In this document: positions 18,772 through 30,457 of the stretch, piece by piece
Layout: each line of letters opens with the position of its first letter
How positions within the stretch are numbered: position 1 is the stretch's first letter
Assembly: GCA_963759135.1 (NCBI GenBank)
Contig: CAVWXU010000016.1
Span: 69,909 to 133,908, forward strand
Reading direction: 5' to 3'
Source: an uncultured Chloroflexia bacterium
GTDB taxonomy: Bacteria > Chloroflexota > Limnocylindria > Limnocylindrales > CSP1-4
Length of the DNA stretch: 64,000 nt
Notes under the pieces: model-generated
The model's database searches: none
The model's input: only the letters and a program-made list of their open reading frames with translations
Told to the model about the DNA's origin: nothing
Made by a program: the position numbers and the translations under genes

Positions 18772-19735
18772 TCAGTCTAGCGCGGCGACGATCTCGGACA
18801 GGGACGGGGCAACCACGTCGGGGAGCAGGACGTCATTCGGGACTCCGCTCCCGGCGCGGCGGACGACGGCGGCGAGGTCCGTCGGGCCGTGCTTGCCCGA
18901 GAGCACGAATGCACCGCGGAGACCCACGCGCCGAGCCGCGGCGACGTCTGTCTGCAGGTCGTCGCCGACCATCAGGACGTCCCGTCGCTCCCAGGGGCCG
19001 GGAACGTCCGGCGCCCCTGGGAGCATGCCCAGCGACGCAAGGGCGGCCTCGAAGAACGACGGCGCAGGCTTGCCTGCGAGGAGCGCGCGACGTCCGGCGG
19101 CGTACTCGATCGCGCGGACGAACGCCCCGGAGTCGAGGGTGATGCCGTCCGGCGTGAGCCACCACCGGTTGCGATGGACCGCGACCAGCCTCGCCCCTCC
19201 CCGCACGAGCCGGAACGCGGTATTCAACCTGGCGAACGTGAATTGCGCCCCGGCGTCGCCGACGATCACCGCCGCCACGGGCGAGCCGGCTGCTCCGTTC
19301 GCGCGATCCTCCCTCGTGCGCCGCGGCCGCCGCCTCGTCGTCCGACAGCAGGCGCTGTCCCGCGAACTCGCGGAGGGCGTCGGGCGCGGCGAGGACGTAC
19401 AGCGCCCGGCCGGGCCAGCGCCGGGAGGCGAGGGCGGCGCTCGCGGAGAGAGCGGTGACGATCTGCGCGGCATCGACCGTGACGCCCCCGGCGGTCAGCA
19501 GGCGCGCCAGGGTCTGGCGGTCGTGGAGCGAGCTGTTGGTCAGGAAGCGGAACGGGATGCCACGAGCGACAAGCGTGGCGACGGCGTCCCCGGCGCCGGG
19601 CAGAGGTCTGCCGCGCAGGACCACCACGCCGTCCATGTCGAGCAGGAGGGCTCGGACGCCGGCGAGCCCCTGGCGGAGCTGGTCGTTCGAGTCGGGTGGG
19701 CGATGCGAGCCCTCGCCGTCCCGCCGGCTGCTCAC
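18772..19735 (-). CDS. HAD-superfamily subfamily IIA hydrolase (NagD-like), frameshifted
   Basis: The N-terminal half (LLLDMDGVVVLRGRPLPGAGDAV..FRFLTNSS) is in the frame of ORF 18833..20245. The C-terminal half (VAAVIVGD...LLAGKPAPSFF...LMVGDDLQTDV) is in the frame of ORF 18772..19473. The switch is near 19311 (a GGG run on the coding strand). The span from the GTG at 19735 is 3n+1. Confidence 0.75.
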
Positions 19736-19743
19736 GGCATGCT

Positions 19744-20088
19744 TCAGCTGGAGGCCTGTACGGCGCGGAAGCAGTCGGAACAGTAGACCGGCCGGTCCAT
19801 GCGCGGCTTGAACGGGACCTGGGCGGTGTTCCCGCAGCGAGAGCAGATCACGGCGAAGTACTCGCGGACGGCCCGCTCGCCGCCTCGCTCGTATCCGCGC
19901 GGTCCGCCGATCTCGCGCATGTCGTACCCGCCGCTCTCGCGCGCCACACGCCGGCTGGCCCGGCAGCTGGGGCAGCGACGAGGGTCGGAGGTGAACCCCT
20001 TCTGCTCGTAGAACTCCTGATCCGCGGCCGAGTGGACGAAATCGACTCCACAGTCGACACAGCTCAGGGTTCGATCGACGTACGTCAC
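19744..20088 (-). CDS. Double zinc-ribbon protein (zf-trcl-like CxxC..CxxC plus CxxC-x17-CxxC)
   Basis: The GTG at 20088 lies 6 nt after AGGAGG. The 114-aa product has CVDCGVDFVHSAADQEFYEQKGFTSDPRRCPSC and CSRCGNTAQVPFKPRMDRPVYCSDC. The upstream part of the track ORF (to 20418) is Arg/Pro junk. Confidence 0.7.
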   Translation of the reverse strand: MTYVDRTLSCVDCGVDFVHSAADQEFYEQKGFTSDPRRCPSCRASRRVARESGGYDMREIGGPRGYERGGERAVREYFAVICSRCGNTAQVPFKPRMDRPVYCSDCFRAVQASS

Positions 20089-20465
20089 CCAAGGCCTCCT
20101 GGAGCGCGTGATACCGGGACACGTGCGACCGACTCGCTCCCCGGTTCGCGGGATGGACGACGGGGCCGACGTGGGCGAGGAGCGTTCCGCGGAGCGGGCG
20201 CCGCGCGACCCAGGTGTCTGCCGAGGTCCCTGGAGCGGGGCGCACCGGTTGCCCCCAAAGCCTAGCATCCGCCGTCCCCGACCGCCACGTTGAGTGTCGA
20301 CCGCCCCGTTGACAGAGCCGACCATCCCGACGCCCGTCCGGGGTGGCACAATGCCGGAAACAGCCGAGTCAGTCCCCGGGCCCGGATCGTGGCGAGTCGC
20401 GCGCGGCACGCCGTCCATGTATCAGAGCGGGCCGGGATGCCCGGACAACGAGGGAGACCGAGACG

Positions 20466-21603
20466 ATGCTCCGCCTCCTGCACCTGTCGGACGTGCACCT
20501 CGGCGCCCGACACCCCGAGCTGGGAGCCACCGGCGCCGCACAGCGAGAGCGCCAGTGGCAAGCGTTCGAGCGCGCGCTCGAACTTGCCGCGGCCGAGGGC
20601 TGCGCAGTCGCGCTGATCTCGGGCGACCTGTTCGACTCCAACGCGCAGCCTCGGCGGTCGGTGGAGCGCGTGGCGAAGGCCGTGGGGGCTGCCGTCTCGG
20701 CCGGCGTCACAGTCGCGATCCTTCCGGGCGACCGCGACCCGTTCGACGCGTCCTCCGTCTACCGGACGTTCGACCTCGCCGCCCTCGCGGGCATGCCCGG
20801 CGCCGACGGAATCCACGTCCTGGAGCCGGGCCGGCGCCTGCTGGTCCTCCCGGCCCTGGACCTCGCCGTCCGGGCGTACCAGCCCGTCGAGGGGACGTCG
20901 CTGGACGATGCGCTGGGGGAGGCTCCCGACGAGGCCGAAACGGGCGTTCGCATGCGGGTCGGCGTGGCCCACGTCGCACCCGGCGGCACGCCGCCGTCCG
21001 AGGCCGCGCTCGTCGCGTCGGGGCTCGACTATCTGGCACTCGGCGGATCGATGTCGCCGGCTCAGGGCGGCGGTGGAGCCCACCGCTGGGCAGACCCCGG
21101 TCCGATCGAGTCGACGGGCGAATCCGGGGACGCCGGCCAGGCGCTGCTCGTGACGCTCGACCCGGACGCCCGGCAACGGGTACGCGTCGACCCGCGGCCA
21201 GTCGGACGCACTCGCCAGCGACGGCTCGAGCTCCCGGTGGACGGCTTCGCGGACGAGAACGCCCTCGTGGAGCACCTCTCGGCGCTGGCGGATCCCGACC
21301 TGGTCGTGCGAGGTGCACCTGGCCGGCACGAGACCGCCGGGCCTTCGCGTGGATGAGACGGCGCTGGAGGCTCGGCTTGCGCCTGGCTTCTTCCACCTGC
21401 GAATCCACGACGCGTCGCTGGCTCCGGCACCGGCCGGCCCGGTCCCGGCGCCCGGGTCGATCGCCGGCGCGTTCCGGCTCGATGTCGGCGGCCGGATGGC
21501 CACCGCGGCGCAGGAGGGGCGATCCGACGACGCCCGCGAGCTCGGTGAGGTCCGGGACCTCGGTGTGCGGCTGCTCGCCGGCTCGTCCGGCATGCCGGTC
21601 TGA
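20466..21603 (+). CDS. SbcD/Mre11-type metallophosphoesterase nuclease (YhaO-like), frameshifted
   Basis: The ATG at 20466 follows GAGGGAG. N-terminus: MLRLLHLSDVHLG, ISGDLFD, ILPGDRDP. After ...DPDLVVR the protein continues in the next frame (VHLAGTRPPGLRVDETALEARL...FHLRIHD), switching near 21312. The span is 3n+1. Confidence 0.75.
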
Positions 21604-21615
21604 AGGAGGCAGGCG

Positions 21616-23757
21616 ATGCGCATCACCCGGCTGCACCTCCGCAACGTCCAGCGCCACGCCGACCTCGAGATCGTGCCCGCACCCGCGTTCACGGTGATTC
21701 GGGGAGCGAACGAGTCCGGCAAGTCGACCGTGCGTCGCGCCGTGGAGCTCGCGCTGTACGGCCGCACCGGCGACGCCGAGGCGCAGGTCCGGACGTGGCA
21801 CGCCGACGAACGATCGCCGTCCTCGGTGCAGATCGATGTCGAGGCCGACGGGGACGAGGAAACGTCGTTCCGCCTGACGCGAACGCTCGGTCCCGGCGCG
21901 CCGCGCGTGGAGTTGCGCGTCCCGGACGGGAGCCTCGAGGGTCAGGCGGCCGAGCGGCGCCTGGCGGAGCTCACCGGGCTCCCCACCCTGGCGTTCTTCC
22001 GGTCGACGGCGGTGCTGGACCATGCGGACGTGACCGGGCTCGCCCGCGACGACTCCGCCATGCGCGAGCGGCTGACGGCCACGGTCTCGGCCGGGGACCG
22101 TGCGCTAGCCCGCAACCTTCGCGATCTGGCGGCGCAGGTCGACGCGATCAGCGGAACGGGCCTCCCTGCGCCAGGGCCGCTCGCGGCCGTCGAGGCGGAC
22201 ATCCAGCGACTCGAGGGCGAGGTCCGAAACGGCGAAGAGGCGCTCGAACGCCTGCTGGCGGACCAGGCGGCGCTCTGGGAGGCGCAGACCGAGCTGGCCG
22301 AGACCGACGCGCAGCTGGAGACCGACCGCGAGCTCCTGGCCACCAGCGAGGAAGCGGTGAAGCTGCTGGCGGAGCAGGAAGCCGCCGAGTCCCGCCACGA
22401 GCGGTTCCTGCGCGCCGTGGTCGTGCGCGAGGAGATCGAGAAGAAGGAGTCCACGCATCCGGCGACCCTGCCGCTGGCGGTGCTGCGCGACGGAACTGCC
22501 CGGCTTCGTGAGCTGGAGAGCACCATTGCGCGGCTCACGACCGAGCTGGGCGACGACGTCGCCGTGTCCGGCGAGATCATGCGGCCGGAGCCGCGCTGGC
22601 GTCCGTTCGCGGTCGCTGCGATCGTCCTTGCCGCAATCGCGGTCGGCGCCGCCGCGTTCACGCCCCTGCCCATCGCGGGCGTCGCCCTGGCTGCGCTCGC
22701 ACTCGTGCTGGCGGTCGTCGCCTTCCGCACCCGCCGCCTTGCGTTCGACGTGAACTACCAGAAGAACCTCCGCGAGGAACAGGTCAAGCGCCGGCTCCGC
22801 GGGCGCTCGGTCATCGAGGAGCAGCTCCGACAGAACCAGAAGGCTCGCGAGGCGCAACTGGCGGGCCTGGGAGCGAAGGACTTCGCGGCGGTCGAGGGGC
22901 TGCTGGCCGAGGAGGAGGCGCACGTCGCGCGGCTCGAGCAGCTGCACGCGGAGTTCGCGACGTTGCTGGGCGATCCACCGGAGCGCGAGGACGTTGCCGT
23001 CCTCCGCGATCGTGCCGCCGCCGAGGCCGAAACCCGGCGCCACGCGCTGATGCAGATGGGTGAGATCGGGATGCATCCTGCCGGGCATCGTGCCCGGTAT
23101 GACGCAGCGGTGGCTGCGGGGGAGGCGGCGCTCGCCCGGGCCCACGAGGCGGTGGCGGTCGCGAGGACGCGAGTCGAGGCGAGCCCGGCCGACGTGGAGG
23201 CCGTCGCCGGCCTGGCGGAGACCCTGTCCGACGCGCGACTGCGTCGCGACCGACTGGCCCGACAGCACCGCGTCCTGGCGGGGACGCTCGAGGCGCTCAG
23301 AGCCGCGGAACAGGCCACGGTCCGGCAGGCGGCGCGCTTCGTCGAGCTGCGCATGGAGCGTGACGTGGAGCGGATCACCGATGGCCGCTACCGTCGAGTC
23401 CAGGTCGACGACGCGGACCTGTCGATCCGGCTGTGGTCGCCGGAGCGGGGCGACTGGGTCGATGTCCGCGCGCTCTCCGACTCGACGCTCGCGATGACCT
23501 TCGTTGCGGCGAGGCTGGCGCTGGCGCGCCAGGTCACGGGATTCCTCCGCCCGCCGCTGATCCTGGACGACCCGTTCCTCGCCTTCGACGACGAGCGCGC
23601 CGCCCGGGCCGTGTCGCTGGTCAGGGAGCTTGCGGGCGACCTCCAGGTGCTGTTCCTGGCAGGCGGGTCGCGATACGACGCGCTGGCGGACCTCGTGGTC
23701 GAGCTGCCGACGCCCACCGAGTCCGATCGGCGGCAGGTGGTCGCGGAGGCAGTCTGA
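21616..23757 (+). CDS. SbcC/Rad50-like AAA ATPase (YhaN-like) with coiled coils and a central TM hairpin
   Basis: AGGAGG lies 7 nt before the ATG. Walker A is GANESGKST. Long Ala/Glu/Leu/Arg coiled-coil stretches are present. Two hydrophobic helices (FAVAAIVLAAIAVGAAAF, IAGVALAALALVLAVVAF) fall around nt 22600-22750. The C-terminus has LILDDPFLAFDDERA. Confidence 0.8.
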   Translation: MRITRLHLRNVQRHADLEIVPAPAFTVIRGANESGKSTVRRAVELALYGRTGDAEAQVRTWHADERSPSSVQIDVEADGDEETSFRLTRTLGPGAPRVELRVPDGSLEGQAAERRLAELTGLPTLAFFRSTAVLDHADVTGLARDDSAMRERLTATVSAGDRALARNLRDLAAQVDAISGTGLPAPGPLAAVEADIQRLEGEVRNGEEALERLLADQAALWEAQTELAETDAQLETDRELLATSEEAVKLLAEQEAAESRHERFLRAVVVREEIEKKESTHPATLPLAVLRDGTARLRELESTIARLTTELGDDVAVSGEIMRPEPRWRPFAVAAIVLAAIAVGAAAFTPLPIAGVALAALALVLAVVAFRTRRLAFDVNYQKNLREEQVKRRLRGRSVIEEQLRQNQKAREAQLAGLGAKDFAAVEGLLAEEEAHVARLEQLHAEFATLLGDPPEREDVAVLRDRAAAEAETRRHALMQMGEIGMHPAGHRARYDAAVAAGEAALARAHEAVAVARTRVEASPADVEAVAGLAETLSDARLRRDRLARQHRVLAGTLEALRAAEQATVRQAARFVELRMERDVERITDGRYRRVQVDDADLSIRLWSPERGDWVDVRALSDSTLAMTFVAARLALARQVTGFLRPPLILDDPFLAFDDERAARAVSLVRELAGDLQVLFLAGGSRYDALADLVVELPTPTESDRRQVVAEAV

Positions 23758-24602
23758 ATCTCGCGGGCCTCGGGTTCGCGCTGGCCGCGGCGCTGGGCTG
23801 GGGGATCGGGGACTTCTCCGGCGGCTTCCTGAGCCGGCGCGCGGGCGTCCTGCTCGTGGGGCTGGCCATGGAGACGATCGGGATCGCCATCGCGCTGGCA
23901 CTCGCGCTCCTGTCCGGCGATCCGTTCCCGTCCCCTGCCGCCGTGGCCTGGTCGCTGGCAGCCGGCATCGTCGGAATCGCGGGCCTGCTGGTGTTCTACC
24001 GGGCTCTCGCCGGCGGTGCGATGAGCCTGGTCGCCCCCGTGGCGGCCGTGGTCGGCGCCGGCCTGCCGGTGATCGCCGGGTACGCGTTCGGGGAGCGGCT
24101 GGGAGGTGGCCAGGCGGCCGGGATCCTCGTCGCGCTCGTCGCCGTCGTCCTGGTCTCGCGACCCGCGGACGGCGCGGGCGGCGACAGCCGATGGGCGTGG
24201 CTGGCGCTCGTCGCCGGGCTCTGCTTCGCGGCGTACTTCGTGGGCGTGGACCGCGCGGTCGCAGCGGGGGCCGGAACCTGGTGGCCGGTGCCGATCGCGA
24301 GGGCGGGTTCGATCGTGGTGACGGGAGTGGGGGTGCTGGTCACGAGCCAGGGGCGCGGTCTCCGTCGAGTCATGACGCCAGTGGTGCTCGTGGCGGGCCT
24401 CGGCGACATCGTGGGCAACCTGGGCTTCGTCCTCGCCCGCGCCCAGGGTCCGCTGGGCCCGGCGGCCGTCGTCGCGTCGCTCTACCCGGCCGTGACGATG
24501 GCCCTGGCGTGGCTCCTGCTGCGTGAGCGGCTCTCTCGCGCGCACCTTGCCGGAGTGGCGCTCGCGCTCGCGGGGATCGTCCTGATCGCGCTGCCCGCGT
24601 AG
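23754..24602 (+). CDS. EamA/DMT-family transporter (start codon uncertain)
   Basis: This is the second half of track ORF 23433..24602. It has ten-TM DMT-like sequence (LGFALAAALGWGIGDFSGGF ... ASLYPAVTMALAWLLLRERL). No ATG or GTG lies near TM1. A CTG at 23754 overlaps the previous stop (CTGA). Confidence 0.7.
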   Translation: MNLAGLGFALAAALGWGIGDFSGGFLSRRAGVLLVGLAMETIGIAIALALALLSGDPFPSPAAVAWSLAAGIVGIAGLLVFYRALAGGAMSLVAPVAAVVGAGLPVIAGYAFGERLGGGQAAGILVALVAVVLVSRPADGAGGDSRWAWLALVAGLCFAAYFVGVDRAVAAGAGTWWPVPIARAGSIVVTGVGVLVTSQGRGLRRVMTPVVLVAGLGDIVGNLGFVLARAQGPLGPAAVVASLYPAVTMALAWLLLRERLSRAHLAGVALALAGIVLIALPA

Positions 24603-24636
24603 GCCCGGAGGACTGATCGCGCTGCCCGCGTAGGCC
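24582..24636. repeat. Direct duplication of the last 24 bp of the EamA gene including its stop codon
   Basis: ctgatcgcgctgcccgcgtaggcc occurs at 24582..24605 and again at 24613..24636, separated by cggagga. Confidence 0.9.
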
Positions 24637-24652
24637 GAGCGGACCACCGTCC

Positions 24653-25942
24653 TCAGGCGGCCTGCCCTGACGGCTGCCTGGCAAGCCAGGGTCGCGCAAG
24701 TGCGAACGCGACGATGACGACCGACAGCGACACAGCGCCGCCAACGCCGAACGCGATCGCGGCCCCGAACTGCGCGGCCAGGGAGCCGGCGAAGAGAGCG
24801 CCGACGGGCGTGGAGCCCGCGAAGACCGTCGTGTACACGCTCATCACGCGGCCGCGCAGGCTGTCCGGCACGGCAAGCTGAATCGCCGTGTTCGCCGTCG
24901 CAGTCATCGCGATTGCCCCGAACCCGACGCCGAACAGGCAGGCCAGGGCGGTCGGCATCGCGTGGACCGCCACCAGGGTGACCTGGAGCAGCCCGAGCAC
25001 ACCTCCGCCGAGCAGCATCACGCGAGGTGACGACCGGCCGGCGTAGGCGATGGTGAGCGCGGCCACGAGCGACCCGATCCCTGTCGCCGCCATGAGGAAG
25101 CCGAAGCCGCTCGCGCCCGCGTGGAGCACGCTGTCGGCGAAGACCGGCACCAGGACGTTCAGGTTCATTCCCACGGTGGACACCAGGCCCACGACGGCGA
25201 CGGCCAGGAGCACCACGGGCGTGCGCCGGACGTAGCGCAGTCCCTCCGCGAGATCGGTCGCGACGGCGCCTGCGCTGCGGGTGAAGCGGTACGTGCCGAG
25301 GGATTGGAGGTCTCCGGAACGCATCAGGAACAGCCCGACGATCACCGCGACGTAGCTCAGGCCGTTGAGGAGGAAGCACGCCGAGATTCCGACCAGCCCG
25401 ATGATCACGCCGCCGATCGCGGGCCCCACGATGCGCGCCGTGTTGAACACCGCCGAGTTGAGGGCGACGGCGTTCACGACGTCCTCGCGCCCCACCATCT
25501 CCACGACAAATGCCTGCCGGGTCGGCATGTCGATCGTGTTCACGCACCCGAGGAGAAAGGCGAGGATGGCGACATGCCACGCCTGCACCTGGTGCGTCCA
25601 CGTGAGCCAGAACAGGACGAGCGCGAGGGTCATCGACGCCGTCTGGGTCGCGATGATCGTCGTGCGCTTCGGCAGGGCGTCCGCGATCAGCCCGCCGAAC
25701 AGCCCGAAGACCATCATCGGCAGGTACTGGATGGCCCCGATGACGCCCAGCACGAACGGGTCCCGCGTCAGCTGCAGGACGAGCCATCCCTGGGCGAGCG
25801 TCTGCATCCAGGTGCCGACGAGCGAGATCAGCTGGCCCAGGAAGAAGAGCCGGAAGTTCCTGTGGCGCAGGGCGGCCGTGCCGCGCCGCCCACCCGCGGG
25901 CGCCCCGGCCGGGGCTCCCATGGTCACGGGAAGCATCGTCAA
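24653..25942 (-). CDS. MFS transporter (EntS/MFS_3-like efflux type)
   Basis: 429-aa ORF with 12 predicted TM helices. N-terminal signature: RNFRLFFLGQLISLVGTWMQTLAQGWLVLQLT. Confidence 0.85.
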   Translation of the reverse strand: MTMLPVTMGAPAGAPAGGRRGTAALRHRNFRLFFLGQLISLVGTWMQTLAQGWLVLQLTRDPFVLGVIGAIQYLPMMVFGLFGGLIADALPKRTTIIATQTASMTLALVLFWLTWTHQVQAWHVAILAFLLGCVNTIDMPTRQAFVVEMVGREDVVNAVALNSAVFNTARIVGPAIGGVIIGLVGISACFLLNGLSYVAVIVGLFLMRSGDLQSLGTYRFTRSAGAVATDLAEGLRYVRRTPVVLLAVAVVGLVSTVGMNLNVLVPVFADSVLHAGASGFGFLMAATGIGSLVAALTIAYAGRSSPRVMLLGGGVLGLLQVTLVAVHAMPTALACLFGVGFGAIAMTATANTAIQLAVPDSLRGRVMSVYTTVFAGSTPVGALFAGSLAAQFGAAIAFGVGGAVSLSVVIVAFALARPWLARQPSGQAA

Positions 25943-25960
25943 AGGCTACCGCGGCGCAGG

Positions 25961-26602
25961 TCAGCTCCCGGTCATCGCGGCGCGCGCGGCGTCGCTCTCC
26001 GACCGGCCGGCGCGAATGGCGGCCTTGTGTGCGCGCTTGCCCGCCTGGTACCTGGCGAGCGCTTCCGGCGAGTCGACGTCGCCGAGCGTCGGATGGCCGG
26101 GCACCACGGCATCGAGGTCGGGGAGCTGCAGCCGGAATCGCCTGGCAAGTACGGCGGCGATCGTCCCGGCCTTCATCTCCCCGATGCCGGGCAGGCGCAG
26201 GAGGCGCATGCGAAGGTCGTGGCCGTCCGCGGCCTCGGTCCAGATGCGAGCCGCGTCCGAGCCGTAGGACGCCGCCACCACGCTGCACAGCGACTGCACC
26301 CGGGCGGCCATCGCGCCAGGGAAGCGGTGCAGGGCGGGGCGCTGCTGGAACAGCCGTGCCAGCTCTTCGGGGTTCATTGCGGCGATCCCGGCGGCATCGA
26401 GCGGCCTGCCGAGGCGGCGCTGCAGCTCGAGCGGCGCGCCGAACGCCTTCTGCAGGGTCACCTGCTGATCCAGCGCGAAACCGATCAGCAGCGCGAGCGG
26501 ATCACGGGCGATCAGGCGATCGGCGTCGTCGTCACCGGTGAAGTGCAATCGCTCGGGAGCTGTCATGACTGCCACGAGCCTGATGGTACGGGTTCCCGGC
26601 AA
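25961..26602 (-). CDS. HhH-GPD-type base-excision DNA repair protein
   Basis: 213-aa ORF with LIGFALDQQVTLQKAF and LLRLPGIGEMKAGTIAAVLARRF (helix-hairpin-helix). An alternative start lies at the internal MTAPERL. Confidence 0.75.
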   Translation of the reverse strand: MPGTRTIRLVAVMTAPERLHFTGDDDADRLIARDPLALLIGFALDQQVTLQKAFGAPLELQRRLGRPLDAAGIAAMNPEELARLFQQRPALHRFPGAMAARVQSLCSVVAASYGSDAARIWTEAADGHDLRMRLLRLPGIGEMKAGTIAAVLARRFRLQLPDLDAVVPGHPTLGDVDSPEALARYQAGKRAHKAAIRAGRSESDAARAAMTGS

Positions 26603-26634
26603 TTGCGCACGGGTTGGTCAGACCCCCGGCCGCT

Positions 26635-27444
26635 TCAGCCCGCCGCGCCTCGCATGGCCTCGGGCAGCCCGGCGGCCGCCTGCCGATCCAGCATCCACGT
26701 GGCGCCGGGCCGCGCCGCGATCTGGGATGGGTACCGGTGGACATCGCGCGGTCCCACGAGCACGGCGGTCATGATGGCGGCCTTGGACGGGCCGCTCGCC
26801 ATCACGAGCACGCCTCCCGCAACCTCGGTCAGGCGCGGCGAGCACGTCACGCGGGGCACGTGCGGGCTCGCGGTCGTCGGGGCCGGTACGCCGGCACAGA
26901 TCGGTGGAGCCGGCGCATCGACCAGCGGACTGCCGGGGAAGCACGACAGGAAGTGTCCGTCCGGCCCCACTCCCAGGAGGACGACGTCGAAGACGGGGAG
27001 CCCATGCTCGTCGAGCGGCACCCGGGCGACGAGCTCTGCGGCATAGCGCGACGCACACCCGTCCGGGCCTTCGCCCGCCGCGCGCGCCTCCGGGATCGGG
27101 AACGGATGCACGTTCCGTTCGGGAATCGCGATCCCGACCGATCCCGGCGGCCCGCCGCCGAGCAGCGTCTCCCGCGCCAGGCGCACGTTCGAGTCGGCGT
27201 CGTCGAACGGGACGAACCGGTCATCGCCCCACCACAGGTCGACCCGGCCCCAGTCGACGCGGTCGCGGAACGGGGGTGTCGCGATCGCTCGGTGGAGGAT
27301 CGCGGCGGTGCTGCCGCCGGTGAGCGCCATGTGGGCGCCGCCCCGACGGGCGATGGCCCCTTCCAGGGATGCGCACACGTACTCCGCGCCGTGCCTGCCG
27401 AGCTCCACCGCGTCAGCGACCACGACGATCCGCGGCCCCGCCAT
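26635..27444 (-). CDS. pgl: 6-phosphogluconolactonase
   Basis: 269-aa ORF with ALTGGSTAAIL, WWGDDRFVP and VLLGVGPDGHFLSCFPGSP. It is the last gene of the tkt-pgi-zwf-opcA-pgl string. Confidence 0.9.
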   Translation of the reverse strand: MAGPRIVVVADAVELGRHGAEYVCASLEGAIARRGGAHMALTGGSTAAILHRAIATPPFRDRVDWGRVDLWWGDDRFVPFDDADSNVRLARETLLGGGPPGSVGIAIPERNVHPFPIPEARAAGEGPDGCASRYAAELVARVPLDEHGLPVFDVVLLGVGPDGHFLSCFPGSPLVDAPAPPICAGVPAPTTASPHVPRVTCSPRLTEVAGGVLVMASGPSKAAIMTAVLVGPRDVHRYPSQIAARPGATWMLDRQAAAGLPEAMRGAAG

Positions 27445-27487
27445 CGGGTCCTCCCTCTCCCTTCCCCCGGCACCCGGGCCCCGGCGC

Positions 27488-28852
27488 CTACCCGCCCACC
27501 AGGCGCGCGGCTCGCGCGACGCTGTCCTCGAAGCTCCGGTCGTGCCCCAGCCGGTTGAGGCTCTCGGCCACGTAGGGCGCCTCGTCGAACGCCTCGAGCC
27601 TGCCCGTCCGCCGCACGACCTCCGCGCCGTCCCAGTCGGCCGTGGCCAGCAGGTGATCCGCCTGCCGGCTCACGCGGGCCCGGATGACCCGCCGCCCGCG
27701 GCCCAGCTCGAGCTCGATGCGCTGCAGCGACCCGCTCGACGGCGCACCGGCCTCGCCGCTCGCGACGACCGGCCGGAACTCGACCCGGATCTCGCGATGG
27801 CCGTCGGTCCAGGTGCCGACCAGGCTCTCCGAGTTGCGAGCGGGGTGGAGCGGCTGAGCCACGTCCAGGTGGAGCGCCGCGGCCAGCCAGCCGGCGAAGC
27901 AGGCGGCCTTCGAGATGCGCAGGGTGGTGCCGGGGCGCGCCACGTCGAGGCGGAGGCTGCGCAGGCTGGACAGCTCGGGCGTCAGCAGCGGGTGGTCGAA
28001 GAGCGCACCGAGCAGCTCCCTCCAGAGCGTGAGCCGCATCCACCCGATGTCGTGGACCGCGACCTCGCCGCCTGCGACGAGGACGGCGAGCGCGGCGAGG
28101 CGCGCGGTCCCGTCGTCGCGGAACGCCCCGGAGTCGACCAGCAACTGGTCGCATGTCCCCGTCAGCTCACGCAGCTGGCGGGACCCGAGAGGCGGGTCGT
28201 CGGCCCACCACAGCACGACCGGGAGATCGTGGATCAGCAGCGGCGTGGCGATGCCGGCGAGGTGCTGGGCCGTCTCGCCGCCCGCCTGGACGAGGATCCG
28301 TTCCGCGCACGTTTCCGTGACGCTGGCCGGCCGGACGGTGCATTCGAGGCTGATTCGCGCGTCCAGCGACGACGGGCCGTCCGGGTCGCCGGGCGCCAGC
28401 ACGATCGCGCGAGATGGGTGGCGTCCGGCGAGCTCGCCGATCGCCCCGAGCACTCGGTCCAGGGTCTCCGGGCGCGTCGCGACCACGACGAGCGTCAGCA
28501 CGGACGTCCGTGCCCGGACGCGCACCTCGCCGCGCTGGTCGAGCCTCGCCGCAACCCTGGGGTCGCCGAACGCGTCGGCCTCGGCCGCCGGCGTCATCCC
28601 CTCGAGCTCGGCCTCGCGCGCCGCCAGGCCCCAGATCCGGGCGAGCTCGGTCTCGATCTCACCGACCGAGGTGGCCCTCGCGCCCCAGTGGTGCATGGCA
28701 CCCGGGACGGCCGGTCGGAGCGGCGTGCGTGCGTCGCCGGTCGTGGCGCCGTGCTGCCGCCGCTCTGCGCCTCCGCGGGCTCCAGGCGCTCGGCGTGCGG
28801 GGCGCTGGTCCGCCGGCTGCGCGTCCGGCCGGATCGCGCGATCGTCGGGCAT
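27488..28852 (-). CDS. opcA: Glucose-6-phosphate dehydrogenase assembly protein OpcA
   Basis: The ATG at 28852 is 5 nt downstream of the zwf stop. Motifs: VGEIETELARIW, RTSVLTLVVVA, LLIHDLPVVLWW. The track ORF is over-extended to 29464. Confidence 0.85.
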   Translation of the reverse strand: MPDDRAIRPDAQPADQRPARRAPGARGGAERRQHGATTGDARTPLRPAVPGAMHHWGARATSVGEIETELARIWGLAAREAELEGMTPAAEADAFGDPRVAARLDQRGEVRVRARTSVLTLVVVATRPETLDRVLGAIGELAGRHPSRAIVLAPGDPDGPSSLDARISLECTVRPASVTETCAERILVQAGGETAQHLAGIATPLLIHDLPVVLWWADDPPLGSRQLRELTGTCDQLLVDSGAFRDDGTARLAALAVLVAGGEVAVHDIGWMRLTLWRELLGALFDHPLLTPELSSLRSLRLDVARPGTTLRISKAACFAGWLAAALHLDVAQPLHPARNSESLVGTWTDGHREIRVEFRPVVASGEAGAPSSGSLQRIELELGRGRRVIRARVSRQADHLLATADWDGAEVVRRTGRLEAFDEAPYVAESLNRLGHDRSFEDSVARAARLVGG

Positions 28853-28857
28853 GTCGG

Positions 28858-30444
<1,587 letters not shown>

Positions 30445-30457
30445 GAGCGACCGCCTT

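Noticed and set aside
2344-26288. Other very long ORFs (2344..5394 minus, 13048..17013 minus, 14667..17291 plus, 23388..26288 minus, 25121..27046 plus, 28414..30594 plus, 49331..52315 plus and similar)
   Set aside because: All are opposite to or out of frame with genes that have clear family motifs. They are dominated by Arg/Pro/Gly/Ala and lack RBS-linked starts. They are stop-codon-poor frames of ~70% GC DNA, not genes.
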